NCBI GenBank assembly: GCA_037379345.1
Contig: CM074511.1
Coordinates: forward strand, 38,446,862 to 38,510,861
Source: Perna viridis
Taxonomy: Eukaryota
DNA length: 64,000 nucleotides
Reading direction: 5' to 3'
The position numbers and the translations under genes were made by a program. Of this stretch, positions 26,401-40,258 are shown piece by piece. Below the pieces are notes generated by a model. It worked only from the letters and a program-made list of their open reading frames with translations. It ran no database searches and was not told where the DNA came from. Each line of letters begins with the position of its first letter. Positions within the stretch are counted from its first letter, which is position 1.

Positions 26401-29400
26401 TATAAGGTTTTGTTTTGTTTTTGAAATTGTGTATTGAAAAAACTGATTTCCAAAAGAAACGTCGAACAGGACTTGTTTTGGTAATTTTGTATATGTGTCA
26501 TAATTTGCCGAATTTAGTACTGTGAAAGTACTTTAATTCGTGAATACCAATTATAGTGGATCCTAGAATTCGTTGTTTTGAAGTTTTCAGTTTACTCATT
26601 AATGGAAATCTACTATTCTTTGGGAACCAAATTTCATGGTTCCATGAAAACCATGAAAATTGGTACCCTACAAACAATAGTACTTTGACAATATCCCTTA
26701 GGAATAATATGCTATATGGTATGAAAAGGACAATAAAGAACCTACAATAATTGTTCCTTGGGTGATTATTTATCATCTTTATTTTGCTTTTATCTAATAT
26801 CTTGGTTTTACTTGAATTTTGTTATGGTAAAACCAAATGAAGCTTGCATGGATCTATGTCCACTCTGTCTCGGTCAAGCTTGAACACTGGATCAAAGTTC
26901 TTTATTACATAGGCTAGTTTTTTGAACCACCTAGTACTTATATTTTATGGTGTTGATAATTCATAGGCTCAACTTTTTAGTTGAAGCATAGAAAACTTCA
27001 GGAATTGTCTCCCAGAGTACCAGTAGACCTAATGCTACGATTTTATTTTGACTTTGCTTTATTTCCCCTATAGAGTATGGTGCAGTTTGTTATGTGACGG
27101 GAATACCGGGACATATCATCACAAAAGGTTAATACATGCAACTATAACCTGGAATAGTGTGGTGGAAACGCATGTTTTCTTTTCATGGTGTTTAATCATG
27201 ATAATCATTGTTTTGTATCCAAACATTGTCTCATTTTGTATCATGACATGTGGTTTCAATTTCTTTTTTGTAAATTTCATGCTTATAATAGTATCTGGCA
27301 ATAGGAATACTGGTAATAAAAAAAAAATTATTTGTAATTTGAAACACTACAAAAAACGACAAACTTTATTTCTTGAATTACTACTGCAAGTCTTAGAATT
27401 CTCAGCTAGTCCACCCCACTTTTTCTATGCTTCTGATTGTATGTACATTAAGATTAGATTTTTTTCTTCTTTCTTATTTTCCCGATCTAGATGTGTTTGC
27501 ACTTCCTCAGTTTATTTGTACATAGTGTTATTTGTTTTCCAATATCTAAACATGTGAATTGTAAATAAATTGACAAAAGTTTTGCACTTAAAGCCTTTTC
27601 CTTGTCTAAGTTATTTGTTTATTTTACCACATGTGTTTTTTTCACAGTTTTATACCAGTGTATCATTTATTGTAGTAACAGAATCTAACAGTTTTAGGCC
27701 TAATACCTAAGAATTGAGAGATATTATTAAGCTAATGGATACCATTTTGTTTTGCTGTAGTTTTTTTAGAATTTACAATGGTTAACTTGAGCTTTGCTAC
27801 CATATCATGATTTTATTTTTCTTTAAAATTTTGTGACAGATTGGAAATTTTGATAGCAGATTTTTATTCTCCGCTTGGCAGTTGTTTTATTTATCGTAAT
27901 GTGGAATGGAGTTATTGTGAATTAGTATTTGATGATCTTCCTGCTGGTATAATATTGCAAATATCTTTGCCTTTTTAGATTTTTATGATGAGGAACATGA
28001 TTTCTATGCAAGCAGTAAATTTGAAATGGTTTTCTTTATGGAGAATATGAGAAAAAAATCTTCTTTTTTTGTTCCTGTTGGTTTATTTAAGGACGTAATT
28101 TCTTGTCCAGTATTGCATGATATTGCATATGTTTTGAATAATAATAATGAAATAAATTCCTTTTAATAGGGCAGGATTTTTTCAGGATTAATACTTACTT
28201 GTTTTGAACATTTTTTAACCATGCATACTTAGGTAGGTACTGGCACTTAATGCATTAAAAAATTGTACTTTGCATTTGGAAGGAGTGTGTTTAAAAAAAA
28301 TGCCATAGTGAACTAGTAAAAAGGTCCATTCATTCAGTTTTCTCAAGGATAGTTTTTTTTTAAATTTCCTAAGTTTACTCTTGATATTAAGTGCAAGTGA
28401 AAAAAAAACACATCAATGTCCAATATATTGTTAACCCATATACATTATATTTATTGATCTTGCATGCTAAGAAATGAAATCTATCAGAAGGTTGTATGGC
28501 CTTTGTGAATGTTAATAATCTGTAGCCTGTGTATGTGGATGAATGATTGTAGTAGAAAATTTATTGGAAGGTAGTTTTTCTGTGTTTGCATATGTATATT
28601 AGCATTGTTTTCTATAAATGTAATTCTGAAATGGTTTGGACATGCATGCTGTAGAGAACCTGTTGCATGATTTAGAGTAATATTGTAAATATTAGTGAAA
28701 TTAGATATTTTCGATAAATATGAGTATACTATACATTATATTATTGTGTGTTGGGTACCAATTTTCATTATTTTCATGAGCTTGTGAAACCTAAATCCAT
28801 ATTCCCAACAAAATGTATTGAAATCAACCTATTGGAATATCTGTTGATATTTTGGCACCACCTCGAAGGTTGATATCCATGCTTAGTACATGTATATCAA
28901 TTTGTTCTTTTAATCGTATGATATAAGGACAGTCTTTGCCATAGTAGACGCATATTTTTGCATGTCTGACTGTGCTGTCCAACATACAATAATTTTTATG
29001 TGGATGGTTCGACTTTTTGCCCAAAATCTTTTTTTTTTGTAATCATTTCTGATTTTTTTTTCATTTCAGAGTTGCCACAAATATATTTAGGGTTTGGATA
29101 TCATATGCTTCAAAGCAGCATGCTATTTTTCTTTATGTTTCTCTCTTGAATTACACAGTAATAATTATCTTTTGGCATAAAACAAACTTTTTGGAAATAG
29201 ATTTTTTTATCTGTGTGACCAACATCATAGTTTGATCCTTTTCCCTATATGTTCAACAAGAAAATAAGAACATTTCTGCCAGACTGAAAGAGATTTTGTA
29301 TTGACTTATATCATACGCATTTTGTATTGACTGCATCAAGATTGAGTTTTAACCAATTAAAAGCCAGATTTAGTTTGTTACTCATACATATTTGGAATAT

Positions 29401-32400
29401 CCTACTTTAAGAATGATTTTATCTTACTTATTAAATACAAGATATACAGCTTGATAATAAGATGTCTACAATAATTGCCATCTGTACTTCTATTATTATT
29501 GGGAATGCATTATTTTTATATGACTGTAAATAATTTTCTGTTGTATAATGGTACATGCTGCTGTTGTCGTCTGGACAATAACTTGAGTATAGATATCACA
29601 AGGTGCCATATCACAAAAGGAAGCCTGTGATTGATTTTGGAGAATGTAAATGGAACCGTTTTGGAATTAGGGGCCAAAAAGGAACAATAATTTTCATGAT
29701 GACCCAGACCATAACTTAAGTATATGTAAAGGGATCTCTTTAAAATTGTACCACAAAATGTCATGCCACAAAAAGAAAGGCTAGGAATGATTTTGTACTT
29801 TAAACCACTTAGGAATTAGGGGCCATAAAAGGACAAAAAAACAACTGTTTTCATGATGTCTGGACAATTTGGGGGTTGTGCTTATTGGGGAATAATTGGC
29901 CAAAAAGGGGCCTCTGCAATTTTGGTCAAATTCTTTTTTCATGTGTCAAATATTTAATTGCAATAAAAATTCAGAGCTGCACCAAGCTTGAATGGTATGT
30001 CCATACTTGCCCCAACTGTTAAGAGTTTCGACCTCTGCAGTCATATCAAGCTGTGCACTGTGAAGCATTTTATCATTTCATATCATATGAACATGCTACT
30101 ATAATAAATAGCTTGAAAAAGAAAAACATATCTATATTGAATGATGCTTATACTGAAATGATGAAAGCTTTGAACAGAAAGAAAGAAATCATACTAGAAG
30201 CTTTGAGGAAAGCTTTGTTATTAAGTGACTTGAGATTGTTCAAAGAATTTTGAACCTAATGTCACCTTTATCAAAACTTATGATATGGATACTGTAGCCT
30301 TTTGGTATCCATTGAAGTTACTTGAACTCTTTTAGAAGTTTTTTGGGGTTTATTGGTTTACTGAATTTAATTCATGCCTTTTTTTTCATTTTTTTATTAT
30401 ATTAACATCTTCTTCAATATTAGTTCAGAACTACAAAAATGTACTAGAATTAAAAAAAAAATGTAAAAATTTACTTTGAATGATTTCTGCCTCTTAAACC
30501 AAAATATAAGGAGAGGAATGAAAAAAAATTATATCTTGTATAAATGGTGATGGTCACATATTTAAATGTCTGGAAACTCTCACTTATGCATGTGTGTTGC
30601 TACATGGAGATTTTAGGCTTTTAGTATTCTAAATAAGTTGTCATTGGAATCATAGAATTTTCTTTTAGTCCAGAATCTTTTTCTTTGTATAAATGTAATT
30701 TGGTCGAACTCTGTCAAACATCTGCCCAGCTGTTTATTTCACGTGTTCCTCAACAGAAAAAATGTGTCGTGCTATAAACCATCCTGAACAACCTTCTTTG
30801 TCATATACCTTATTTTATCTTTGAAGTGGCATAGATGGCTTATTTTGATTTAGCAGTCTTTATAAACATCAGACAAGAGGTTGTTCATGCATATCAAAAA
30901 CCCACCAAATTCACTTTTAGTTCTTATTCAGAATCAGTTACAGACCATATAACCAGTTATAGTTTTTTATTTTGGTGTTGTGCTCATGAGATAAAATTCA
31001 TATAGATTGTACATGAAATTAGCACTTTGCAAGATTTATCATTCTTTATTTTGTTCGATTTGGTTGATTTTAGTGGGAGATAAATGTATGATTTTCTTAA
31101 AAGTACAGATTTGAATATGGAAGGACAGCTGTTACGTAAAAATATAGCATATGTAGATTGAAAAAGCATTGTTTGTGCAGTGAGTTTTTCTTCACCATGA
31201 ATCACTTTAATATGGACAGTTTCTGAATTTTATATTGACTGGTACTTAACAGAAATGTTGTTGTAGTTTAAAGGGAAAAGTACTACAGAAATTAGTAATG
31301 ATTCCCAGCTCCTAAAGAGAGAAGGGGTATATGGTTATACCCTAGTTATTCTCCTTCTATGTATCTGTTAGTCTGTAAGAACTGTTAGCTTTGTTGTTTT
31401 CCAAGTTTTACTTTCATTTTTCTCTGCAATTTCTTGTTGGTACTGTTTTTTTTTCACAACAGATTTAACATGCCATTTGATGGTACATCAATATTTTACA
31501 TTTTATATAAAAAAAAATGTCACACACCTTTTGTTTTTTTTATGACATGGTTTTTCATTCTTGAATCTGAATGTTACAGATTTACGATATTTTACAGAGC
31601 TTTATGATATTTTTCAGTGGCACCAGATGCTATGCATCATGTAAAGACATACAGGAAAGACATTAAGAATATGCATTGTATTGCTCCTGAGTATGCTGGT
31701 ATGTAATTCTATGGATTTGTGGCTAGATGTAATTAGTTATACATGTAGGACTATGTTCATCTAGATCTCGAGTAATCTTTTTCAGGGTTGAGTATGTTTG
31801 CGTTGAACCCCCTCTTGTCTAGAAGTCAATTGATTTGAATAATCAAACATTTTAGAGAACTGTATACAACACTGTGAATAATTCTATCTTGATTTCTTAT
31901 TTGTTAAGTGTAAGTATTTGTAAGAATCAGGCAAATTGGGAAAAAATCAGAAACATGCATGTCAAAAACCCACTCTTCTGACAGTATAATTTAACTCAAG
32001 GATGCTTTCTCTATTTGAAAAGACCATTATTTGATCTCTGCATCACTGGAATAGCTCTAGAAATTTTCAATAGAATGTTATAAAAATGAAATTTTTGACA
32101 GAGTTAACTGCCCTTTAAATATTCATTTTCAGTGCATTTTAATGAAATTATAACTCAATGCACCAACATGATATAGAATATCTTGTCTTTTTTCCTTGTT
32201 TCTGATGATGCAAATAGTCAAATTGAACTTTTAAAATGGTGATTTTTTTGTTGTTTTTTTTTTTCATACCATGTTTCACACACCGTCTGATTCTTACAGA
32301 GACTGACACTTAAAACAGTAATTTCACATATAGGAAACATTTGATTTATTACTTAGATGGTCATGTTTTGGTTGGTTATATTTTATTGGGAATTAGACAC

Positions 32401-35400
32401 AGTGTTGTATGTTAGACAGAGTTTCATCCTTGCACTTATCTGTGTATTTATAGTAACTACTGGTATGTTTTTTATCAGTAAATATAAGTTTACCAATATT
32501 CATTCAACTGAAATGGTGATTAAATGAATGACCAATTATATACAGTAAAATCTGTCTAAACAAAACACTGATTTAAATCTCATTATATCAGTTTAAATGT
32601 ATTTTGAACCTGGGTAAATTGAATACAAAATGTACTGTAAATACATTAATTTTCATGGTGTACTAATTTTCACTATTTTCATGGTGAAAAAAAAAGGGGG
32701 CAGCAAATAGTTACAGCAATATATTTTGACACTTATGTATTGCTTATCACTTTTTTGAAGCTGTGAAAATTGATTCCCACAATTGTGTTCATGAAAATTA
32801 GCTACCTCGGAAATTAATATGTTTACAGTACCTATCTAAACCAAATACACCCTACAGACCAGAAGGGGGTTTCACTGTATATGTCTGATTTTTTTTATTG
32901 GCATCTACTGTAGCAAATATGCTTTATTTTCTCAGATATTACAATAACTGATCATTCAGGTAAACTTTAGGTCATTGCTTTGTAAGATTGAGTTTTAAGT
33001 CGAAGAGTTTTTCTCAAAATCAGTGGTATCAGTATGTTGCATAACGATAAATTATCTCATCTTACTTTTCATAAAGTTGTTCTGAACTTCTGGGTTTCTT
33101 CTATATATTGTGGAATAACTATTGTTTGTGGGGTGGGGGCAATAAAATAGTAGATTTCAATTTATCCTGTATTCATAAATTTACAAAGTCATGAAACAAT
33201 TAAATTTGGACAAACCACTAAAAGTGATACCAACAAAAAAAGTAACTTCATACAACTGGGTTCATGAAAGTGACATTATGAGTACAGTGAAATCTAAACC
33301 CTGAATAATCTGAACACCTATCTAAACCAGACACTTTTTGTGAAGTCTCTATATCAATTTAAACATATTTTGAACTTTTTTAAACTGAACACCTGTCTAA
33401 ACCAAACCAATTTTAAATTCAAAAAGGTTTGGAATAGACAGTTTTCATTATATTTCACTTTAAAAAGAAGAAATTGATACCACTAATAAATCACTAAGTT
33501 TACCATTGAAGTTGAAAAAAGCTCTCAGACTCAAGAATTTTTGTTATCTTTTTGTGACACATAGACCCAAGAGAATTTTGTTTCTGTTTTTCTGTGGTTA
33601 GATACAGGAAAATTTTGCCACAAATAAAAGTTTTACTCTGGTGTTGGGAGTTATAGTCGACTTAAATAACTTTTCATTATTTAATTCACAATAGATAAAC
33701 AGGTCTATTTCTCTTAGTAGTATTTGATTTTTTAAGTGCACTTGATTGATTCTCATTTTTGTCATAAATGTTGACAGTTCAATTAAATTATAATTTTCTC
33801 ATTGTACAGTAATTTCATTTTAAGCTTCTTAGGCCAAAAAAAATAATAAATAAATAAAAGTCTTGTTTCCTGCTACCAGCATAAAAAAAATAGGGTAGGT
33901 AGGTAGGGAAATTACTTGATTTTTCATGAACTTTTTACATTGAGTTAATGGGGAAACAATCTAGACTTGAATAGTGTATGAGCTAAAATGGCCATAAAAT
34001 GTTTAGGGAAGGCACAAAAAACTAGGGTAGATAGTGGGTAGGGTAGCAGAAAACAGACATATTATTTGTTTTGGTCTTATATTAGAGAAGTGGTACTGTA
34101 AACAAATATTTTTTTTCTTATAATTTCTGATGCATATGACAATACTTATAGATTGTTTAATATTTCATGGACCCTTTTTCATTGTATAGCTACTTTCTTT
34201 AACTTATTTATTTTAGTGAAATATTAAAAACTTAAGGGATAGTGATTTGGCATTTATAAATGTATTATATCTAAATTTAAGTGGTATAAGAACTAAATCA
34301 TTGTCAACTGATTTATCTCTTTTATTTTGACAGATCCTGGTGCTTTTGGACCACCAATTGATATTTACTCTTTTGGAATTTGTGCATTAGAGGTAATTAT
34401 AATGGAAGAAAAGGCCCCCAGGGCCACAAATCTTGGGAAAATACTTAAGTCTGAGAGATAGTATTTTTATAGTTTTGTGGCACTCTGACCTGACAAATGT
34501 TGGGGTTCATTTCCTGAAAATTGCAATCGAATCTACAGTGTTTTATTATAAATAAATTTGTTTATGAATTTGCCCTCTCTTATCTTCTGACCATGTTCCT
34601 ATCTTTGTTGTCACGCGCAATATTTTTGTTGTTATGTACTGGTCAGAGAGTAGATCTTGTCATTTTCAAGACAGAAGCGCTTCTCACCAATATGCTCACC
34701 AAAATTATATTCCTTGATGAAAATCATTGTATAATAGCTAATAATAGCAATATCAGTAATCTCTTAGATGTTTTGTATTTAAAATTTGGGCATGAACTTG
34801 TTTCACAGGAGATAACAAAAAATCAGTTGGCGAGAACTACTTGACCAGTAGAAGTTTTGAAATTTTTACTTCATAGCCAGTTCAATGATATACATTTTGA
34901 ATATCAATAGGGATTCCAGTTTCTGTCTGTGAAGGGGGATATATGTAATATGTAACAATCTTGTATGATAAATATTCACCACTTTATCAATTACAGATAG
35001 CAGCTCTTGGTTTCCAAGGCAATGGAGGTGAATCCAGTGTACATGTTACAGAAGAAAATATCAAAAGAACTTTGGAGTCTTTGGAGAATCGTTTACAAAG
35101 AGTAAGATATTGCTGTAATAAAAAAAAATTCATAGATTCTCATCCAACTTTTCTGAATAATTTGGGCGGGGGACAAACTTTATTTTTTATATTTTATTTT
35201 TCCTTCAGTAACTATCTCTCATGCAGAAACTAGCATTGTTGTTATGGTCATTTATGTGTTCTAAGTGATTGATTTAACCAGTAGAAGCATGTTGCAACAG
35301 CTCTATAAAAGTATATGTGTCTTTACTATACCAGTCTCATCTAATTTGGAACCATTTTAAAAAGGAATAGCAGTGAAAAATTATTTTCAAACTGGAAGTT

Positions 35401-38400
35401 ACCTAAAAAAAACATAATTATAAATCGGGTCCAACAGAGATGAGAAGCTAGGATTTTTTTTTATTATGGCCTATAGGATATATATTGGTGAAAATCTGTT
35501 CATGTTCTTTACCCAGAGCATGACAATCTAAAAAATCAAATTTATCTTTAATTTTAAAACTTTTAAATGAATAGAGGTTTTACCACCTTTTTCTAATAAA
35601 AAGTAATGTCATTGTTAGCACATCGGAAAACACTAGATGATGCATGGATTGTTTAAGGGGAGTGTTAATGGGCAATACTCAATTATCATCTGTTATTAGT
35701 GGGACTTCAGTCATACTGTAAGTCTTATACATCACTCTTGCATCCACTTTCACCAGGGGCTTTGAAACCAACTTATGGTGCATACTCAGTCCTTATGAAA
35801 TCTGAAACTTTGTTATATTCATGATTTAATAGAGGTAAAGATAACATTGGGCTTTGAATTCTTATGAAAAAAAAAGGTCTCACTAACCACTTTCGCATCA
35901 AATGGCCACCCCCCTATGTAGTATCAAAAACACACTGAACCTAGACATATGCATTGTAAGTGCATTATTTGTGTGTATTATGATTAAAAGTAGTTAAAAT
36001 AAAGCTGAGAAAGTGTACTTTAAAATCATATATGTAATTAACTACAAAAACATATGATATTGTTTACATGTGTGAGTAATTTGCCTCCATGTTGTCAGTT
36101 AGCAGAAGAGGTAAAAATGTGGATTTTCTGTATTATTTATTCAAGTAAATTTTGTGAAGAATTTCTACGATCATCGTACCATTAGCATAATGAATTTTGG
36201 AAGCCTTATTTTCCAAGCTTCGCAACGGTATGCAACTTTAAGATGTCATTTGTCCTGGTAATTCACAGTGAAACTTTGAAAATTACTTTTTTAACATGTA
36301 AAGTACAACAAATTACGACTAAAATAAGATAAAGCCTGATATTTAATTTTTGATTTATTTTTGTAGGATTTTATATCACAATGCATACAAAAAGATCCAG
36401 CAAAAAGACCAAAGGCCAGAGAGCTTTTGTTTCATGCCATATTGTTTGAAGTACATTCATTGAAACTGCTTGGTGCTCACACATTTGTTAAAAGTCTTTG
36501 TAAGTAAATATTTAATTGCATTTGTTCAAAAATTAAAACTTGAGAAATATAAACAGGAATGTGATATAGACAGAAAATCAAAGTAAATTTTATAATCCTC
36601 TGTCAGAGTAAAAGAACTGTTTAATTCCTATTTAATTGTTAAGAGGGTATCCATGGAAGACCCAGACAGTCTCTTTAAATCTTCAACGGAGAAGTTTAAG
36701 TAAATTCCGTTTGAAAAATATCAATATTGACATTTTTGTCTATGTAATCTATAACAAATAACTTCTGGCGAATGGGAGAAGTGAGCACAAACAAGGATAA
36801 GTTTTTGCTTATTTCTTCCTCTATATTATGCCCAGCTTAACTCCCATTAAACAGCGGACTCTTGTTAGCAATTACAGATATGTTGTATTGTATAATTTTA
36901 CACAAAAACTACTTTTGTCTATCAATGCCCCTAATTTAATCATTTTGGTGAATTAATTTCGTAAAACATTATTAGAAAAAGTAATTATGAATGAGCTGTG
37001 AATTAAAAATGTTTACAATGATACTATTTGCAGCAATTCTTCCCGAGAATCTCACAGATGAAGCTTTCATTAAAAGATCAGATCCTAATTCAGTATTTGC
37101 TGTAATCAAATTTAAAGACCCTCTCCAATGGAAGTAAGTAAAAGATTTTTACTAAGATAATATATATGTTTGCAAAATGTCTACAAGACAATTCACTTAG
37201 GTATAAAAGTCATTATTATATAGGAAGCAGAGAATGTTCCCTCTAAAATAAATTAGGTTATTTCACTCTCTGACTTTTTCCTGCCAAAAAAATTAATGAT
37301 TTGGAATATCAATCCACCGATTACTAAGTTAAAAATTTATATGTAAAAAAACAATAAACTTTTGAGAAAATCTTAATAATAAATAGAATAATCAGTTGGT
37401 AATCATAAATGACCAAAATATAAAGCTGGAAATGCATGGAGGTTTAACTCATGCATGGATTAGTTTGCACTTTTAATGTCATTTCTTAAGTGGAAAAAAA
37501 TCAGTACGATACAATTTGCCCTAAAAGTAGTTTTTGACATTTTAGAAAAGTTCAATGTACAGTGAACTGTTGTTTAGGCCAAAAGTGCATTCATGGTATA
37601 ATGTTTTTTTATAAATTTCAGAAGATCTCAAGTACCAAACCTAGAATTGGAGAAATTTTTAGAAGATGTCAGGTAAGTCTTGATTGACTTAAAATATCAT
37701 CAAACTGCTTACAAGAGAAACTTGATATTCAGTCAACAATTAGCTCAGTGCATTGTAGTTAACAAGTTTTATAATCTAATAGTCATTTAAGATGATTCTT
37801 GAAAAAAGAACTGGTATCATGATTGTGTTACATATTTGAAGGTTCAGAACAAAGTGACCTGTTTTCATAAAATGTTTTTAAGGTCTCACTAACCACTTCC
37901 GGGTCAAATGGCCACCCTACTATGTAGTATCAAAAACACACTGAACCTAGACATATGCATTGTAAGTGCATTATTTGTGTGTATTATGATTAAAAGTAGT
38001 TAAAATAAAGCTGAGAAAGTGTACTTTAAAATCATATATGTAATTAACTACAAAAACGTATGAATATTGTTTACATGTGTGAGTAATTTGCCTCCATGTT
38101 GTCAGTTAGCAGAACAGGTAAAAATGTGGATTTTCTGTATTATTTATTCAAGTAAATTTTGTGAAGAATTTCTACAATCATCATACCATTAGCATAATGA
38201 ATTTGGGAAGCCTTATTTTCCAAGCTTCGCAACGGTATGCAACTTTAAGATGTCATTTGTCCTGCTAATTCACAGTGAAACTTTGAAAATTACTTTTTAA
38301 CATGTAAAGTAATGGAAATGTTAGAAGTGGTTAGTGAGACCAAAAATAAATTTACGACCAAAATAAGATGAAGGCTGATATTTAATTTTTGATTTATTTT

Positions 38401-40258
38401 TGTTGTTTTACCCCCACATTTTACCATGATTATTCTTTTAATGATCAGCATATAGTTTACCCATATACACTTGTTGTTTCTTTCCCTTTGCTACATTATA
38501 AGAATTGTTCATAAGAGGCAAATAACCAGTTTTTAATAATCAACCCCCATGAAGTATTATTGAAAGTTTCTAAAGTATCTTGACACAATCATTTAGAGAA
38601 CCTTTTCACAGAGTTTTATGATACCACAGAAATACAGTAGGGAGTATATATGATTCATTTTGTATATTCATCTCTCTGTTCATGTACCTGGTTTGCACAT
38701 TGCCTTGTAAACCTACAAAATGAATTTTGATGAAATGTCATGTAAGGGTTTGATTTATATAAAGAGATACAGAACACGAAAAGGAGTAATTATTATTCCA
38801 TGCAGGAAAGGGAGATAATTCACTTTACTGGTTGTATGGTTCAACTTGGAGTTATTTTTTGTGAGCCTAATTGCAATATATCTAATTTATTCAAGTTCTA
38901 GATTTTCTTCAACAGTTTGATCATTTCTAGAATAGCTCAAATTTTGACATGTATTTGCTTTTACAGGAATGGTATCTATCCTCTGACAGCTTTCACAATG
39001 CCAGATCCCCCAAACAAACCACGACCAAAAACACCTGAAGTTGATGAACAAAAATCTGAGGACCAAAATGCTTCTGATGTTGAAAGTAGAATGGTAACAG
39101 CATCTGCATGTACAATAAAAAGAGACGATTCCTTCAAGTTCCATATTACATTGCAATTAAAAATGGATGATAAAATTAACCGCCAGTTAACAGCAGATTT
39201 TACAAAGGATGATAATGCTGAAACACTCGCCCAAGAATTAGTTCATTATGGATTCATAAACAAGGTATTGTGGCTTACAGTAAAGAGATGTGTGGAAAAA
39301 TGTCTCTATGATTATGACCGCAAATGTGAGGAGTTATGCCCCTTTGAACTTAGAAATTTCCCAAAAATCCTCATAAATTACCTTGTCAGTGCAACTCCTT
39401 TGAAACTATTGAACCAAAAATGCTCAGAACAGTTTGCAGGATGAGGGGAGACATATGTTTTTGCAGACAAAAACAATATGTTTTTGCAAACAAAAACAAA
39501 CTTTAATTCTAATTTGATATGTGCAAAAATTATGTATTGTATGTACTTAAGTACAGCTCTGACTTAAAACCAGGCAAAATATTATGGTTAGTTATTCATG
39601 CATTTCTTAATCCCAAATATGTTTTGATTGGAAATCCTTCAGTAAGTCTCGTAGAAAAAAGTGCAAACGAAAGTTGCCCACTGGAGATATTGGTTATGTT
39701 CTACTTCATAAAAGTATGGGAAAATTTCCATTCAGAATTTTTACACTATAACTAGTCAAAAAATATTTCACAATATATTGCAGATCTAAAGAAATGAACA
39801 TAGGAAGAGTTGTTTTTAGGAAGTAACATATCTTTTTGAACAATTTCATTAGCTATGGTAAATTGCCCCCTGCCTTGTTTTCAGACAGACCCATTCTTGA
39901 ATTGTTACAAAACATTTATTCCTTCATTCAATAATAGTGTAAATACATACGCAATATAGACATTGGAATAAAGTACAGGAATGTATGTAAAAACTGAAGA
40001 TAAGGAAGGACAACACACAAAATAAAAACAAACTAAAAAGGCACTTGCACTATGAACTCCCACAAAACATGAAAAAAATGCTATTGTTTACTATGATTTT
40101 TGAATAATTTGGAAACTTGTTAAAAAAAGAATATATGTATTTATTTTTGTTTATGTTTCTTTTTTTCACAGACTGACAAAGAGTCTATTGCTAAGTTAAT
40201 CAACGATCAATTGATGGGTGTGCTTACAAAATCACATGTACCGGTAGAGGGATCATGA
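20468..40258 (+). CDS. NRBP1: Nuclear receptor-binding protein (NRBP/Madm pseudokinase), 14 coding exons, 493 aa
   Basis: Exons (GT-AG, phases consistent, 1482 nt): 20468-20584, 22046-22168, 22746-22847, 23197-23286, 23799-23839, 24871-24965, 31618-31698, 34334-34392, 34997-35101, 36367-36499, 37034-37133, 37622-37672, 38967-39264, 40172-40258. Motifs LEYSPCGRWQKRREE, LAMDTEEGVEVVWNEV, VIFITEYMSSGSL, HGNLACDTIFIQHNGLIKIGSVAPD (no HRD/DFG), LFEVHSLKLL, NGIYPLTAF, ELVHYGFI. Confidence 0.95.
24538..24703. mobile_element. Tc1/mariner/pogo-type MITE with TA TSD
   Basis: TA|CAGTGTAACCTGCCTAAA...TTTAGACCGGTTTCACTG|TA; related copies at 32543-32877 and 33285-33450. Confidence 0.7.
32543..32877. mobile_element. 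Tc1/mariner-type MITE with a second TA-flanked MITE (32633-32830) nested inside
   Basis: Outer element cagtaaaatctgtctaaac...ggtttcactg; inner element tactgtaaatacattaatt...aattaatatgtttacagta. Confidence 0.6.
33832..34076. mobile_element. Tourist-like MITE with TTA target-site duplication
   Basis: TTA|GGCCAAAA...TTTTGGTC|TTA; internal GTAG repeats; second inverted copy at 63873-64000. Confidence 0.75.
35876..36305. mobile_element. Family A MITE lacking its right TIR, NRBP1 intron 9
   Basis: Near-identical to 37882-38311; ends about 60 nt before the exon 10 acceptor. Confidence 0.85.
37882..38341. mobile_element. Complete family A MITE, NRBP1 intron 12
   Basis: Both 18-bp TIRs present, 460 bp; flanks TAA/AAA do not form a TSD. 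Confidence 0.88.

Noticed and set aside
27048-27557. 169-aa hydrophobic ORF (similarly 45140-45559 and 46543-46896)
   Set aside because: T-rich or low-complexity intronic sequence with no recognisable domain or exon structure.
31571-31617. Tandem alternative acceptors before NRBP1 exon 7
   Set aside because: The upstream AGs shift the frame or introduce a stop; this is likely a short local duplication.
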